From the NCBI RefSeq assembly GCF_009914755.1, contig NC_060934.1: 64,000 bases of DNA; one strand, given 5' to 3'. Under the pieces are notes generated by a model. That model made no database searches and was not told the origin of the DNA. It saw nothing but the letters and a program-made list of their open reading frames with translations. The position numbers were made by a program, and so were the translations under genes. Origin of the DNA: the human T2T-CHM13v2.0 reference genome, Homo sapiens. Shown piece by piece: positions 11,951 through 26,975 of the stretch. Numbering within the stretch: the stretch's first letter is position 1; each line of letters begins with the position of its first letter.

Positions 11951-14900
11951 TAAAGTATCTATTTTTCCAGCTCTGATTTCTGATCCCTGGTACCTTTAGC
12001 AGCAAAGCTGCAGTTTTGACATAATTATGGCAGGGAAAATATACTATTGGGCCAGAATGACACAACTCATCATGTTGACCCCCTTCAGTCATAGTTCTTT
12101 TTTCCAGTTCCATTTGCTCTTTTCCAGTTTCTTTTCTAGTTTCTATCTGCTCTGCGACACTTTCCAGTATCTGTAAATAATTGTAGTTTCTTATTTTTAA
12201 TTATTACTTTATTCTATTTTTATCATTGTTATCTGCAAGAGAGTTCGTGTGACCTTATCACCTCTCTGCTTATGCTGGAAGTAGTCGGCAGTTGTACAAC
12301 TTTAAAACTCAAAGATACATAATTGTTATTTGGCCTTTCTGAAACACCATAATCACTGTACATATAAACATTTTTAATAAAAGAGTGTATCCTTAGTTTA
12401 TCATAAATTTTTTATAAGATATAATAATCATTAAAGTGACTAAGGGAAAGACTGCCCCTTGCTTTAAGGTACATTGTTGTAAATATAAAATCCGTGGGGA
12501 AAAAAAATGCAAGTAGGAAAAGACAACTGGCTGCCTTCTACACAAAGGCAAATTAAGATCTAGAAAGCTTAAAAAATGGGACAAGGTATACAAAGGAATC
12601 TGATAATGGGCATCCTTTGTTTCTATGAGACTTTGAAACAAATAAGATAAAATATTACCAAATGTTCTCTGTAAGCTTTTAGGATTTGTTTCTACTCTAC
12701 TAATTTGATCAGTAATCTGTCTGTTCTTAAAATTTGGTAATATTAGAGATTGATTTTGCTATCTAGACAGAAAAGCAGGTAGGTAAGTAGGCAGGTAGGT
12801 ATATATGAAGGTACATAAGTATATTTTTCCTTGTGAACTCCCTGGACTCATGGATTATGCCTTTCTTGTGGCACCTGTTTTTCTGATTAGACAGTTGCTT
12901 GTATATTAAATTTTGAGCTGTGTCAGAATAAGAACCCTCTTTTATTCAACGTCCTATTCACTGAAGCTCCTACCACATGCAGGCACTAAAATATTTCTTG
13001 AATATACATACCTCTGCATGAATATGTCAAATATTTACTGCAAAGTTAACATGTGTGTGGCACTGCTCTAGGCACTAAGGATGCAGAGAGTCTTCAAATA
13101 GCAGCATCTCTCCCCTCAATCAGGTGAGATACTGTCATACTTATCACTAAGTAAAACACCTGTCAAGTCATAATTATTGTTGCAACAGTAATCATAGTTT
13201 GTATTTATGCATATACTTATCATTTCTGATGCTCTTCATTTTTTCTGTGGATCCAAGTTGCCCCTGTTGTCATTTCCCTTCTACCTGAAAATTTTTTCCT
13301 GAATATAGGTCAAAAGTTATTGTTTCTTTGCATGTCTAGTGGGATAATATAGCAACTCTGGGTTGTGCTGGGTTCCTCTGAGGATTATGGCAGAAATGCA
13401 ATGGAATAGGGAAAAATATTAATAGTTCTCTGGGGTAGAGGCTGGAAGGATTCCTGGAAGAGCTGGCATTTAAGTTGGTCCCTAAAGTGGAAGTAAGATG
13501 ATTCTCCTACACAGAGAAGTAGGGATAGGATGGGGGAGCATTAGAGGCCAATAACATTGTATGAGCTCAACAGTGTGACTCTGTAACAGTCATCTCAGGA
13601 ATCAAGAAGTGATCTTGCCTAAAGCCTTGAGAAAAAAAGGAGCAAACCTCTCAGAGTTTTAAATACACACTCACACACACACACACACCCCACATCTATA
13701 AGACATAACACATAATGTACAACCAATCAACTTGGAAACTATATCAAGAAGTTTAGGCTTAGTTCTCTAAGAACTATGGAACCACCAAGAAAGGTTTCTA
13801 AGTGGGTAAGTAAAATGATCAGAAAGATGAGTCTGGTGGCAATGTGAAAAATAAAATATAGAGGAAGAAGTAATGGGGCTAGGGGTAGAGCAGGGAGAGG
13901 AAGTGTTTTGGTTTTTTTTTTTTTCAAACACTGTCAATGACGGAACCATAACCAGTATCTAGGTTACAGTTTTATGTATACTTGCCAAAATTACATATAA
14001 ACATATAAGCAAATATTACAAAAATAGTATATTTATACTTCCAATTCATAATCATAAAACTAAAGAAATTGTTTCTTAGAAAGTGAAAGAATGAGAGCCA
14101 GAAATAAAACTACTGTAAATTCTAGGCATTTCTTTTTCCCTCTACCAAGGTAATGCCCTTCGGGGAGTCCTTCCAATTCATAAAATGCACCATGCCCAGA
14201 CATACAGATTATAAGGGCCTAATCATTTGCCCTTCTAGTTTCCTTTTCTTTAGCCTATACAAACTTCATTGTTTTTACCTGTGTATTCTACAGCTTTGTT
14301 TATGGATAGCAATTGACTCCAGGAAGATTCCACTAACTTTTATCCTATATTTTATCTTTTTCTATTGTCTCTTTACTTTGGATTTTAAGCCTCCAGCACC
14401 GTGATGGCCTGCTCACTGTACACGACCTTGCAGACTTAAAAGTCTCAAGCAGCCATTGCTCAGATGAATGGCAAACATTTTGTTTCCAGGCGTAGCTGCA
14501 AGAAAAAGCATCTGAAAATGGCAACAAGAATGATGCCGGCCACCCACTGGGAGGCCCTGAGCACCCTCATCTTCATCTGGCTCCGTTGGGCTACAAAAGC
14601 ATTACTACTTCCTCTAAGTTAAATTTTTGTGAGCTGACTCAAACACTAGTATGCACTTTCATCCCCCAAACAAAGCCAGACGGGGATTTGAACCAGATCG
14701 TCTGGTTCCAGTTTTAGCTCTAAGCTGCTATACTACCAGGCTGTCAAGAATAGGAATCAAGGCTAAAGAAACTATTTTAAATCAATTTGATGAGATTTTT
14801 AAATTAGATCAGTTAGAATATATCAAAAAAGAATATAAATTATAAACAAATTATGAAAAATTTATAGACACTTTTTATCTATGACTACTATTGGTCGTTT

Positions 14901-15449
14901 TTGAGTTTATTTTGGAAAAAGAGAAATAAAGGATGAAAAAATGCCATGTCTAGCCAATTACAATTGTGGGATTGTCCTGCAATGAGAAGAAAATGCAAAA
15001 ATGTTTTCAACTGGCACACTGATATATTGTGATCTGAAACATAGTATGTGCCCACTTCATATCTGATAGATATTTTTGTTAAGTACTAAAAAATAAAAAA
15101 GACAAATGTATAACATGGAAATTATATATGAATTCAACTAATACTTTGCTAATCTTTCTACAACAAAATTCTGGGGAAAATCAACAAAAATAATAGCTAT
15201 ATGATCTCTAGAGCCAAATCCTTAACAATCTTAGGATTTGTTAGAACCAAATCCTAACAATCTAACCTACTGCTAAATATGTGTATATATTTCTAAACAC
15301 ATTCATTATTGTCTGTCACTTTATAACATGTAATCTGAATCATTTATTAAAAGAAACATATAAAATATACTGACCGATTTCTTAAGCAAGTTTTAATTAG
15401 AACAAATACCATTATCAATCCCTAGCAAATGTTTATATCTATGTTTTAT

Positions 15450-15577
15450 ACACTGAAACATAAACGCAAGCTTCAAGAGGACAGGAGCCTGTTTTCTTCA
15501 CTACATTATCCCGAGTATCTAGAGCCAGGTCTAGCATGTCGTTGGTGCTCAAAAGATATCTGTTGAATGGATGAATG
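15450..15577 (+). mobile_element. L2 3' end
   Basis: gcttcaagaggacaggag...ggtgctcaaaagatatctgttgaatggatgaatg. Confidence 0.65.
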
Positions 15578-16259
15578 TATTAAGAGTACAGTCTGCTATT
15601 AAACTGGCCTTTAAGATAAACAATTAAACTATCCCAGAACTTTATGTTTTATTCATTTGGTTACTGGGAAATTTACAGAACACTTGTGTAAGACTTCAGG
15701 AGCTATACAAATAAGCCTTACATAAAGTCCTTCAAAAGTCCTGAAGAGCAAACTACTTGAGGAAATGAGTCAAACAACCTAAGAGTTCATGGTAATACCA
15801 AGTCTTTTCTCCTCCATGAACTCGCCTCACAAAATCAGTCCCCCAAAATGAGCAATTCACATAAAAGTAATGTGCTAGCTATGCAAAGAACACACATTCC
15901 CCCATCAGATTGCTGCCATTAAAGCACTTCGTATTGTACATTCTTGGCCACCAGGAGGTTTGAAATTCTGATTCAAGAAACTACTACAAGCATTTTGTGG
16001 GGAAAGGGCCACTGATTTTTATACAGTGGTCATAGGGAGAAAGCAGAGGCAGATTCCACTGAGAAGGCTCCTTGTTGAAGCTACTGGCTAATAGAAAGGG
16101 TCCCCAAGCCCCTCGTCTCTTGTTTCCACCCAAGCAGCTCTACCTTGACCAGTGTTACAAGGCTCAGCTGAAAGGAGATAACATTAAACCACAGTGAGTC
16201 AGCTCTGTCCAGGGCTATGACTTCCTCACATCTGCTTAAGAGCACGAAGGGAAAGCAGA

Positions 16260-16745
16260 GGTAGTGACAGTGGTCCAGGCTTGGAGGGAAGCCCCAGGGT
16301 CTCAACCCTTAGACTCCATTCCTGTGACTTCAGTCACAGCACTAAAACTGAGTTTTCTTATTCACAGAATACGTCTGATAATAGCATTTCCTCCTACCTT
16401 CATGATGGTGTTAAAATACTCAAATGAGAACTTATATGTAAAGGCACTTTGAAACTGTAAAAGTACCATTTAAAGTAAATTATTTTAATTCTTTCATCTT
16501 TAGTAGGTAGCACATTAACTTATTTCTCCAAATTAATACATACAAGATTATTTCTGTATAAAGCTTTTGAATTTACAATGAGCTTTCACAAATCGTATTT
16601 TATTTATTCTTGCAACAATAAGCATGAGGTAGTTAGAACAGAGCAGATCCTAATATTTTTAAGTAAGAAATGAAATGAGACAGATGAAAGGGCTTACTCA
16701 AAATCAAATGCATCTTATCTGCCGAATCATGTAGCACTCTTCCTC
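16260..16745. mobile_element. Two MIR fragments (plus about 16260-16490, minus about 16560-16745)
   Basis: MIR core similarity on opposite strands. Confidence 0.5.
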
Positions 16746-18611
16746 TTATTGCATCCTGCCTGTCTCAGAAGGCAAAACAAACAGCCTTCCTGGGAACATA
16801 AATGCAGTCTACTGTTTACCCACCCACTCAGCTTCCCACCGCGCTGTCAGGGCGCAAAGCAGAAAGAGGACACGTGAGATAGCACGAACCCTGATGGGAA
16901 CTCAGCTTAAAATCTGATCCAGCACTTCCAAGAATTTCTAGATGGTTCGGATGAATAAAGAAGAAGAACTTAGTGTCAAATTTCTTGTACTAATACTGTC
17001 AAGTTAGGGCAAACTGTAAAAGAGATTTTATTATGGGATAATTGTATAATTGTACATGAAATAATAGTTATCACATTCTGTGAAATAAGGAGACAAAAAT
17101 TGAGAAGCAATGACCTTGTCTTAAATCTGAGACACAAAATATTACACCAAATAAAGATATATATGTGTGTACAAAGATAGCAGAGAACACTCCAGAAAGA
17201 AACATTTAATCAAATGAGTTGAGAATCGGTCACCTTGATACACCAGATGGTCCTATTGTAAGCTTGTTTCATGCAAAGTTAGCCATTGAAAGTCTCAAAG
17301 CACAGAGAAACCAGAATAAATTAGCTCAAAACAAACCAATGCAGGCCAAAATGGTTAGCAGAAGGCTCATGAGTTAAGACAGAAATAAAATCTAAAAAAT
17401 AATTGACCCCAAGATCCATTTAAAAGCATAAAATGCAAAATTCTAACAATGACCTCCATTAAATAAGGTACTGATCCATTATTTTCAGAAGGTATTGCAT
17501 AGATATTTGCTTCATGTCATATACAATAATTCTCAATTAAATCACAAGGTAATAATTAGTTCTGAATGAAGTTGAAATATTTTCAAGTGCATAGATGCTA
17601 AATGTCGATTAAGAAGAATGTAAGAGGAGTAAAATGTGAGGGATTTAAATTGCTTTTATATCCAATATGCAATTTAGTTTAAAAAGAATAAGCCTTAAAC
17701 CATAGAATCAATTATAAATTTTTACAGGATCGTGTTACAAAATTGAAACACAGAAAGTACTTCCTATCCCGAATGGCCAGCATGCCTCAGAGGAAAGAAT
17801 GAGCATGTTGCCTATGATGACTCAGCTGCTTCCCAGCCCCATTGGGTACTCAGATTAGAACCCTGTAGAAGTAGCTTAACGATGCGAACCCTCTGCCTCC
17901 TCATCAATAAAATGAGGACAATACCTTCTTGAGGAACACTGGGGGCACAAAACACTGTTAAAAATTTATTTTTAAGCATATTAATATTTAAAGAAATATA
18001 CAAGGGTAATATTGTCCACTCTTATTTTGTTTGAACTGCCAGAGAATAGAACAAGAGACCAAAAACATCAAAACGCAGTTATATTCAAAGAGCATTTTCT
18101 AAGATGCTAAAACATGCTTGTCATTGTGCCTGATGAGCACTAAACAAAATCTAAATGTGCTGGTTCTTCTTTGTGTCCTCAACAACAAATGTGTTGTCTG
18201 GCATGTAGCAGATGCTCATGAAATACAGGCTGAACAAATCCTTTGACACATAAATCCTGCTCTTGAGGCTACTACATTGTCGTGGGGAGAAGGGTGGTAT
18301 TCTAGACAAAACATACTTAAACTCAAACTTGGACTGTGTCTTCAGTATCTGTTTTAAGATAAATACAGTTGATATTCCAGGAATTTATGAAAAATAAAAT
18401 AGCAATTCTATTAAGTGTATCTTGAGATATTTTGTTAAAGTTATCCAGTTTCTCCATCCTAATCCCAGCGTAATTTCTGCCAACCTAGTATCACAGAATA
18501 AAATAGCAGTTCTCAACCACCGTGTAATAACATAGTCATGTACTTGAATCAAATAATGTTACCAATAATTAAGTATTATATTTTTTAGTGACTTAATATT
18601 TAAATATTAGA

Positions 18612-19350
18612 AGAGCCCACCTCACACTCATTAGGATCACTACTGGAAATAAACACAAATTAACAAGTGTTGGTAAAGATGTGGAGAAATTAGAACATGT
18701 ATGTGCTATTGGTCGAAATGTAAAATGGTGCAGCTGCTGTTGAAAACAGTATGGAGGTACCTTAAAAAATTAAACATAGAATTACCATATTATCCAACAA
18801 CTTCACTTTGGGTATAGACCCCAAAAAATTGAAAGCAGGATCTCAAAGAGATATTTCTACACCTATGTTCATAAGGGCATTACTCAAAATAGCCGAAAGT
18901 ATAAGCAACCCAAGTGTCCATCAATAGATGAATGGATAAATAAAATGTGGAATGGAATATTATTCCACCTTAACAAGAAAAGAAATTGTGACACATGCTA
19001 CAGCGTGGATGAACCTTAAAGACATTATGTAAAGTGAAATAAGCCAGTCACAAAAAGACAAATACTGTATGACTCCACTTATATGAATTATCTAGAGTTG
19101 TGAAATTCACAAAGACAGAAAGTAGATGAGGTTGCCAGGGGCTGGGAGGGGAGGGGGAATAGGGAAATGGAAGTTGTTGTGTAATGAGTACAGAGCTACA
19201 GTCATTAAGTCAGCGTAACATCCATTTGCAACATGAAAAGAGTTCTGGAGATGAGTGTTTGCACAACAGTGTGAATGTACTTAGTGCCTCTGAACTGTAC
19301 ACCTTAAAATAGTTAAGATGGTGACTTTTACTTGTATTTGACCACAGTTC
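18612..19350 (+). mobile_element. L1MB 3' end
   Basis: aacaagtgttggtaaagatgtggagaaattagaac...gtgaaataagccagtcacaaaaagacaaatactg...gaactgtacaccttaaaatagttaagatgg. Confidence 0.85.
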
Positions 19351-19695
19351 TTAAAAATATATTAATAGGTTTCTTAAGTGTAGAAAACTTAAGAGAGAAA
19401 AAAGAGGTGTGCATATATTACCTATTCAAAAATTATATTGTAAAAAATAATGTAGACTATCTTCAAGATTATCTCTATAAGTCTATCATTCTCATTCACT
19501 GAATTCCAGTGTGATTTCTGGAGAAGGAAGGAAAAAGGTGGCATTTCCTTCAGGGTGCCTAAAACTGCACATACCCCATGGCAAATCTTATTCAAGATGA
19601 TAACTCTTCTCTTAAATCTTTTAGTTAATAATAGCTGGAGCAATTTTGAAAGACTGTAATGCTTAGATGTTTTAATTTTAGAGTTACTACCAATT

Positions 19696-19878
19696 TAGAG
19701 TTGTCAGATAAAATAGAGGATGCCTGTTAAAATTAAATATCAGGTGAACAATGAATTCTTCATATAAGTATGTCCCAAATACTGCAGGGAGTATACTTAC
19801 ACTACTGTAAAAAAAATTGTTTGATATTCAAATTTAATTATGCATTCTGTATTTTTATTTGCTAAATCTGGCACACAC
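19696..19878 (-). mobile_element. MER53 palindromic hAT MITE
   Basis: agagttgtcagataaaat...taagtatgtcccaaat...gtatttttatttgctaaatctggca; imperfect palindrome typical of MER53. Confidence 0.8.
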
Positions 19879-19915
19879 ACCAATTTCTTCTTAGTTTTTT
19901 TCCTGTGGTAAAACT

Positions 19916-19970
19916 TTATATTATATTATATTATATCATATTATATTATATTATATTATATTAATTATAT
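19916..19970. repeat. (TTATA)n microsatellite
   Basis: Direct reading. Confidence 0.9.
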
Positions 19971-20605
19971 TGAATTGAAGAAAAGTGTAAGAGCCACCCC
20001 ATTCCAGAGATAAGCCAGGTTTTAGAGATATAAAAGAATCCCCCATTTCCTACTAAGAGAATGTAGAAAGGCCCACTCTTAAAAGTCTAAGGAACCAAAA
20101 AAGAATGTTCTTAACTACAAATAAAGAAAACCAAAAATGTGTTATAGACATTGAAATAAAAAACTAACACATTAAAAACAAGTTTTGCTAAACACAATGA
20201 TTCTTACCACTGTTTGAGTATCAAAGAAACCAAATGATATAAAAATTCATAAAAATTAAAACTGTCCATCTCTAAAGAGACATCAAAGTCATCGTAGATA
20301 TAGGAAGCCAGATAATCTTCTGGAAATATTTCTAATGCATATTTTTACACTTTACAACCTTGTCATTTTTTTGTTCCCTTTGTAACCTAGCTTGTCTTAC
20401 TCAAGCTGTCTCCATTTCCTCCACTCCTTCCTTTCCTTTCCAGTGAGTACATGGGACATCTCCAGGGCCTCAGAGTGGGTTTGGAACCTCTAGGTTTGTA
20501 TTGACATGTAACATGGTCAATCCTCAGCTCAGTTCTATCCTCAATAATTTGTATCAGTGTCCCTTATTCTGGAATGGCCCTGAATCTCTCTCTTTCCTGG
20601 TTAGA

Positions 20606-20824
20606 GCAATGTTTCTCAATATTTAGCTTGCAACAGAATCACTCAGAAGGCTTGTTAAAAACACAAGATTTTAATAAGCTTGCTTGGGTTCAGATTGCTG
20701 GGAACCATCCCTCAGCTTGGATACAGTAAGTCTAGATTAGGGTTTTTAAAAAATCCACTTCTAGCAAATTCCCAGGTGACTTTGATGATGCTGGCTTGCA
20801 GAATCACACTTTAAAGACCACTGC
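20606..20824 (+). mobile_element. MER5A hAT-Charlie
   Basis: gcaatgtttctcaa...agaatcactcagaaggcttgttaaaa...cccaggtgactttgatg...cacactttaaagaccactg. Confidence 0.7.
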
Positions 20825-21455
20825 ATTAATATGTGCAATCCTGCTCCTTGACCGATTCCAAATAATCTCACTCACTTTCTAAAAAGGAAAAGAAGGAGGA
20901 AACTCAGAGGAGAACGTAATTCTCACCCTCCCCCACAGCAGGATGGACTAGCCATAGGAGCTGGGAATAACTCATCAGACGAAGGGCTAACTTAAATCTG
21001 GCCTGCCCTCTCTCCCAGTTACTCATGAGCAAATTAAGATCTTCCATAGAGAAGGTGCCCCTGAAACATAAGAACTACTGAGGAAGTAGCTATTCATAGG
21101 CCTGGGGACCACTGCAGTGTGGCACTGATTATAGTACTTAAGGGGCACAGCAATCCACAGAGGCCATCCGACTCATGGTTATAAATAAGTACCAGCTTTA
21201 CAATATAAAGATCTGGCAGACTGTTTTCACATCATTGGCATCGGGGGTGGGCTTTTCTTGCTACCAGGTGCCAGGAATTTCTTAATCATAGGGATATTAC
21301 TCATTCCTGCTGGATAGAAGAAATGCAGAGAGAACAGAAGGGACTTTCTCTTCCACTGGGAGATGGGAGGAAGTTTCAAGCAGGTGCACATCAGCCAGGC
21401 TCAGCTGTTACCCTCCAGAAAGCTTTGTCCAAGATTCTTTAAAAATTCTTCAAAT

Positions 21456-21790
<335 letters not shown>

Positions 21791-22561
21791 TCAGCAGTTC
21801 TTCACTGTGATCTCCAGGTTTTGAGAAAGGGGCTAAGTGGTCAGACCTATGTTGTCTCCACACACGTGTCAAACAGGTTTTTCTCCTTTCAGGCTGGATT
21901 GAGGATTGAACTGATTGTATTTATGAGCTACACTCAGGACAGGGCCCTGGACCAGCCTCTTCACAATCACATTCGCTTCTGACAAATGTCGGCACAGAAG
22001 TGCAGCGCTAAATAACTTGACAAACTTTTCTTTTGTTCCAAAAGCTATTTTTCAAATGCATTCTAGCTGGCAGCCACTTACACCCATTTTATGGGATCCA
22101 TTCTTCTTCTGATTATCTACTGGTGATTTTGGTTTTTTTGCCTTAAGAAACACTCCAACTTTCAGAGGCTTGCACCCTTTACTCAGCGGTTGGGTACCGC
22201 TGGGTCCCTAATCCCACTTCAACCCACTTTTGTCTGGCTTCCATCCTCACCACTTCACTGGAATGTTTTTATGATGCTGCCCTGGGGAATCACTAATGAT
22301 CTTCAGGTTTCCAGATCTGATGGATGCCTTTCTGACCATATCTTAGCCTCCTTCTCAGCAGCCTTGAACAGTTGACACACTACATCCTGAAGCCCTGCCT
22401 GGCCAGTTTTCCATGGCACCACATACCTCCTGGTTTTCCTTGACTCCCCCTCACTTTCTTTGGTTGACTTCCTCTCTATCGAACCTTGAAATGTTAAATA
22501 TTTCTTGGAGCTAGGTCACAGGCCCTCTTCCTTTCCCTTTCTATAATCTCAGCCTAGTTGA

Positions 22562-22867
<306 letters not shown>

Positions 22868-23397
22868 CTAATTGATTTTAAATATCCCATGGCTGCAAAT
22901 ATAATGAATATACTCTGACCTCCCCCCAAACAACTGAAATGTACATCCAATTGTTTACTCAACACCTCCCATACCCTAACCTCTCAACCCTAACATGCCT
23001 AAAATCGACCTCCTAATTTTCCCTCCAAGCCAGTTCCTCCACCCTCCCCTGCTAGTCTTCCTCATCTCCATAAATTGCACCACCACCCTCAGAACTGCTC
23101 AAACAGGAAACCTGGATTTCATTCTGGATTCCTCCCCTTTCCTCACACCTCGCTTATCACCAAGACCTGTAGATCTGAGCTGGGTTATATATCCCAGATC
23201 CACTCGGTTCCAAACCACCACCTCTAACCTAGCCTAGGCTCATTATCTAACTTTTGGATTACTGCAATAGGTTTCTCACTGGCCTCCCTGCTTCCACTCC
23301 TTCCCTCCATAAGCCGTTTTCCACCAAGAGCCGGAATATCCCTTTTATAAAGCACCATGTCACTCCCTGGCTTTAACCCCTGGAGTGGCTTCCCGTT

Positions 23398-23905
23398 TGT
23401 GACACAGGCTGCTGGTTGCCTACCCCCACACCCAGTTTCCCTTTCCACTAAGTAGCAGGGACACGATATTTAGTTGGTACTATTTGTCCAAAATAAAATG
23501 CACTCTCTCCCTTGAAATTGAAGAAGGGCATGTGCCTAAGGTCTGGCCAATTGACTCCAAGTGGGAGTGTTGTGCGGCACTTCTGAAGGCCACTGAAGGG
23601 GATTGATCAGTTGGGAGAAGTCCCTGTTTTGCTGTTTTACATTTTCCTTCTTCTTCTGACCTACAGCAAGGATGTAACAACTGAAGGTGTAGCAGCCATA
23701 TGAGGACACAATGTAACTTTCAGGGTGAAAAGTCATTGAAGCCAAAAATAGTTGAATAAATAAGTAAATCAATAGGAACCTGGGTCGGAAATTACCCTGG
23801 ATTTCCTACCACATGACTCCTTTCATAAGAGAAATAAACTCTTATCTTATATAAACTACTCTTTGGTTTCAGTCACATGCAGCTAAATCTAAATATAAAT
23901 ATACC
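23398..23905 (+). mobile_element. MLT1J-like solo LTR
   Basis: tgtgacacaggctgctggttgcc...gcatgtgcctaaggtctggccaat...gaaataaactcttatctt...cacatgcagctaaatctaa. Confidence 0.65.
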
Positions 23906-24411
23906 ATTGCATTTGTATTAACAATCCAACTCTGTGATCCACAAGGTTCTGCATGATCTGACTCCGCTTACCTCCCCACCTGTCCCTCACCATCCTCTCT
24001 TTTCTACTACATTTCAGTCACCTTGGCCTCCTCTGGATTCCTCCAACCGGCCAAGTGCTTTCCTTTCTGGAGGTCCCTACACAGGATCTTCCCTCTCCCC
24101 TCCCAGCCTTTCTGTGACTGGTTTTTAACTCATCCATCTGGGCTCAGCCTAAAGGTCACTTCCTCTCAGAGGTCTTCCCTGGTATCTCAATCTAAGTGGG
24201 TCCTCCCATTTACACTCTAATTCAGCACTTCCTTTGTGTTTGTCATAGCACTTTTTGCCTTTGTAAATCTTTTTTGTTATTGAACTTATAAGGGTGTATA
24301 TATGTAAGTGTTCCCCTGGCAGGGCTGCAAGCTGCAAGGTAGGTCAGGAATGTGTGCCTATATGTCTGTTGTTCACTATTGTACCCCAGTATGCAGCCCA
24401 GCCCAGGACAC

Positions 24412-24856
24412 TGTGGAAATGCAGCAGTGTGCCTTATGAGGTTAAGTTATAAGATATTGCAATCTCCATCTTACTCTCTAGGACCACTCACAGTGGGGAG
24501 AATCCAGCAGCCATGTTGTGAGGATGCTCAAGCAGCCCAATGGAGAATTCCAATTGTGAGGACTTTCAAGCACCCTATAAAGAAGTCCATGTGTTGAGAA
24601 ACTGTAGCCTCCTGCAAAAGATCAGCACTGGCTTGCCAGGCTTACAAACAAGCTTCTCTGGGTCATGTATGCAGATAACTGCAGTCCCAGCTGACATCTT
24701 GGCAGCAACTTAGTGAGAGATCATGAATCGGAAACCCCTAACTGAGCTGCTCCTGGATTCCTAACCCACAGAAACTGTGTGATATAATAAATACTTATTG
24801 TTCTAAGCCGCTAAGTGTTGGTGTAATTTGTTACTCAACAATAGACAATTATGACA
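24412..24856 (+). mobile_element. MLT1F-like LTR fragment
   Basis: gccatgttgtgagg...cccagctgacatcttg...cctaacccacagaaactgtg...taagccgctaagtgttggtgtaatttgttac. Confidence 0.7.
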
Positions 24857-25760
24857 TTGCGATAAATAAAAAAGATTTGGTCTCCAACCCTGGTTTCTGG
24901 GACAGAGCTCCTAAAACCCTTGTAATTTCCTGAGCAGAGGTGCTAGATGCATCTTTTGTTTTGATATTGGGTCTTTGACCCCAATTGCTGACACAGGGCC
25001 CCTAATTCCTTGGAATTTCCTTGTTGATAGGAACATCTTCTGTTCTAATGAGGTGACTCTTAGAGGGCCACTAAATGGGGTCTGATCACTGGAAGGACCA
25101 GGCCATGATTAGAAGCTTGGAATTTTCAGCCCTATCCCATCCTCTGGGAAGAGGCAATGGGCTGGAGATTGAGTTAATAAGCAATCATGTCTACATGATA
25201 AAAACTACATAAAGTTCCCTGAACTACAGGGTTTAGGGAGCTTTCAGCTTGACAACACATCCATGTGGCTGAAGGGTGGTGCATCCCAACTCTATGAAGA
25301 CAGAAGCTCCAGTGCTCAGGACCCTTCCAGACCTCACCCTCTGTATTTCTCCAACTGAATGTTCATCTGTATCCTTTATTAATATAATAAACCAGTAGAT
25401 GTGTTTCTCTGAGTTCTGCTGGAAGCCATTCTAGTAAATTAATCAAACCCAAGGAATGGGTCCTAGGAACCCAGATTTACAACCAGTTGATCAGAAGCAT
25501 AGGTGACAATCTACTATCTGTGATTGGTGCCTGAACTGAGGGACAGTCTTGTGAGACCTTGCACTTAACCTGGAAAAGCTGACTCTACTCGAGGCAAGCA
25601 GTGTCAGAATTTAATTGAAGTATAGGATGCCCAGTTGTTCACTGGAAAATTGGTTGTTAGTGGGGAGAAATCCCCACACATTCTGGTCACAGAAGCATGA
25701 TGACTGTTCACTGTTCACTGTTTAAGAGAAGAAAACATGTATTTTTTTTTCTGATACAAC
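24857..25760 (+). mobile_element. MER21B/C solo LTR
   Basis: tttggtctcc...ggtttctgggacagagctcctaaaacccttg...agacagaagctccagtgctcaggacccttccagacct. Confidence 0.75.
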
Positions 25761-26036
25761 AAGCAATATATATTTCTGTAAAATTTGGTAAAAAAAAAAA
25801 AATCACCTCTGCATGTAGATGAGGACCATCTATCTAAAACCTATAAAAGGTAAAAGAGTTCATGTGATAGAATGATCTAATAATTCTTGAATATTTAGAA
25901 ACTTCTACTGTAAACATGTTTTACTCAAAAACATGTTTTTTTTTCTTTTTCATAGGCACAGAAGAGGAAAGACATTCATGAGAGATTAGAAGGTCCCATT
26001 CCTTCTCCTTGACAAGCTGGAAAAACCACAGAATAG

Positions 26037-26476
<440 letters not shown>

Positions 26477-26975
26477 TAACCTTCTTTTGAGTGCTGCTCT
26501 ATTGGATCTCCTTCCTTCTGCACTCTTCAAGTTACCCTCCTCTCTCTTCCCCTAATGTGACTACAATGGGGGAAGGAAGAATATTCAGAGGAGTAGTCCA
26601 ATTAGAAGCATGAGTTGAAATCAGCATGATGCAAGGTGTTTGGTGGCATAAGACGCACTACATAGGCTGTCTCTACACTGGGTGCAAAGAGTCTTCACTG
26701 CTCAGATACGGTCAAGTTCAGTTCACCAGGGTAGGAAGCAGTACATGAGTTTGGGCCAAAGCCTACTGGAGCCATAAATGTTTAGTAGCCTTCCTTGATT
26801 GCGGGTTCCAAACTAAAGTCCATACATCCATTCTCAGAGTATGAGAGTTCTTGTATTAAAAAAAAAGAAAAAGTTAAATATTGTGTCTTCATTCCAATAA
26901 TTTTTTTTCTTTACTAAGGTAAACTTTACTACAGTGAAATAAAATGTTTAATTTGATGAGTTTTTATAAATGTGT

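Noticed and set aside
12870-13100. Tail-to-tail L2 ends as a possible miRNA hairpin
   Set aside because: Too degenerate to support a stem by eye.
14490-14620. Acceptor-like tttgtttccag followed by an open frame
   Set aside because: No convincing donor and no protein similarity.
16838-16860. REST/RE1-like motif gcgctgtcagggcgc
   Set aside because: Only a half-site, with wrong spacing.
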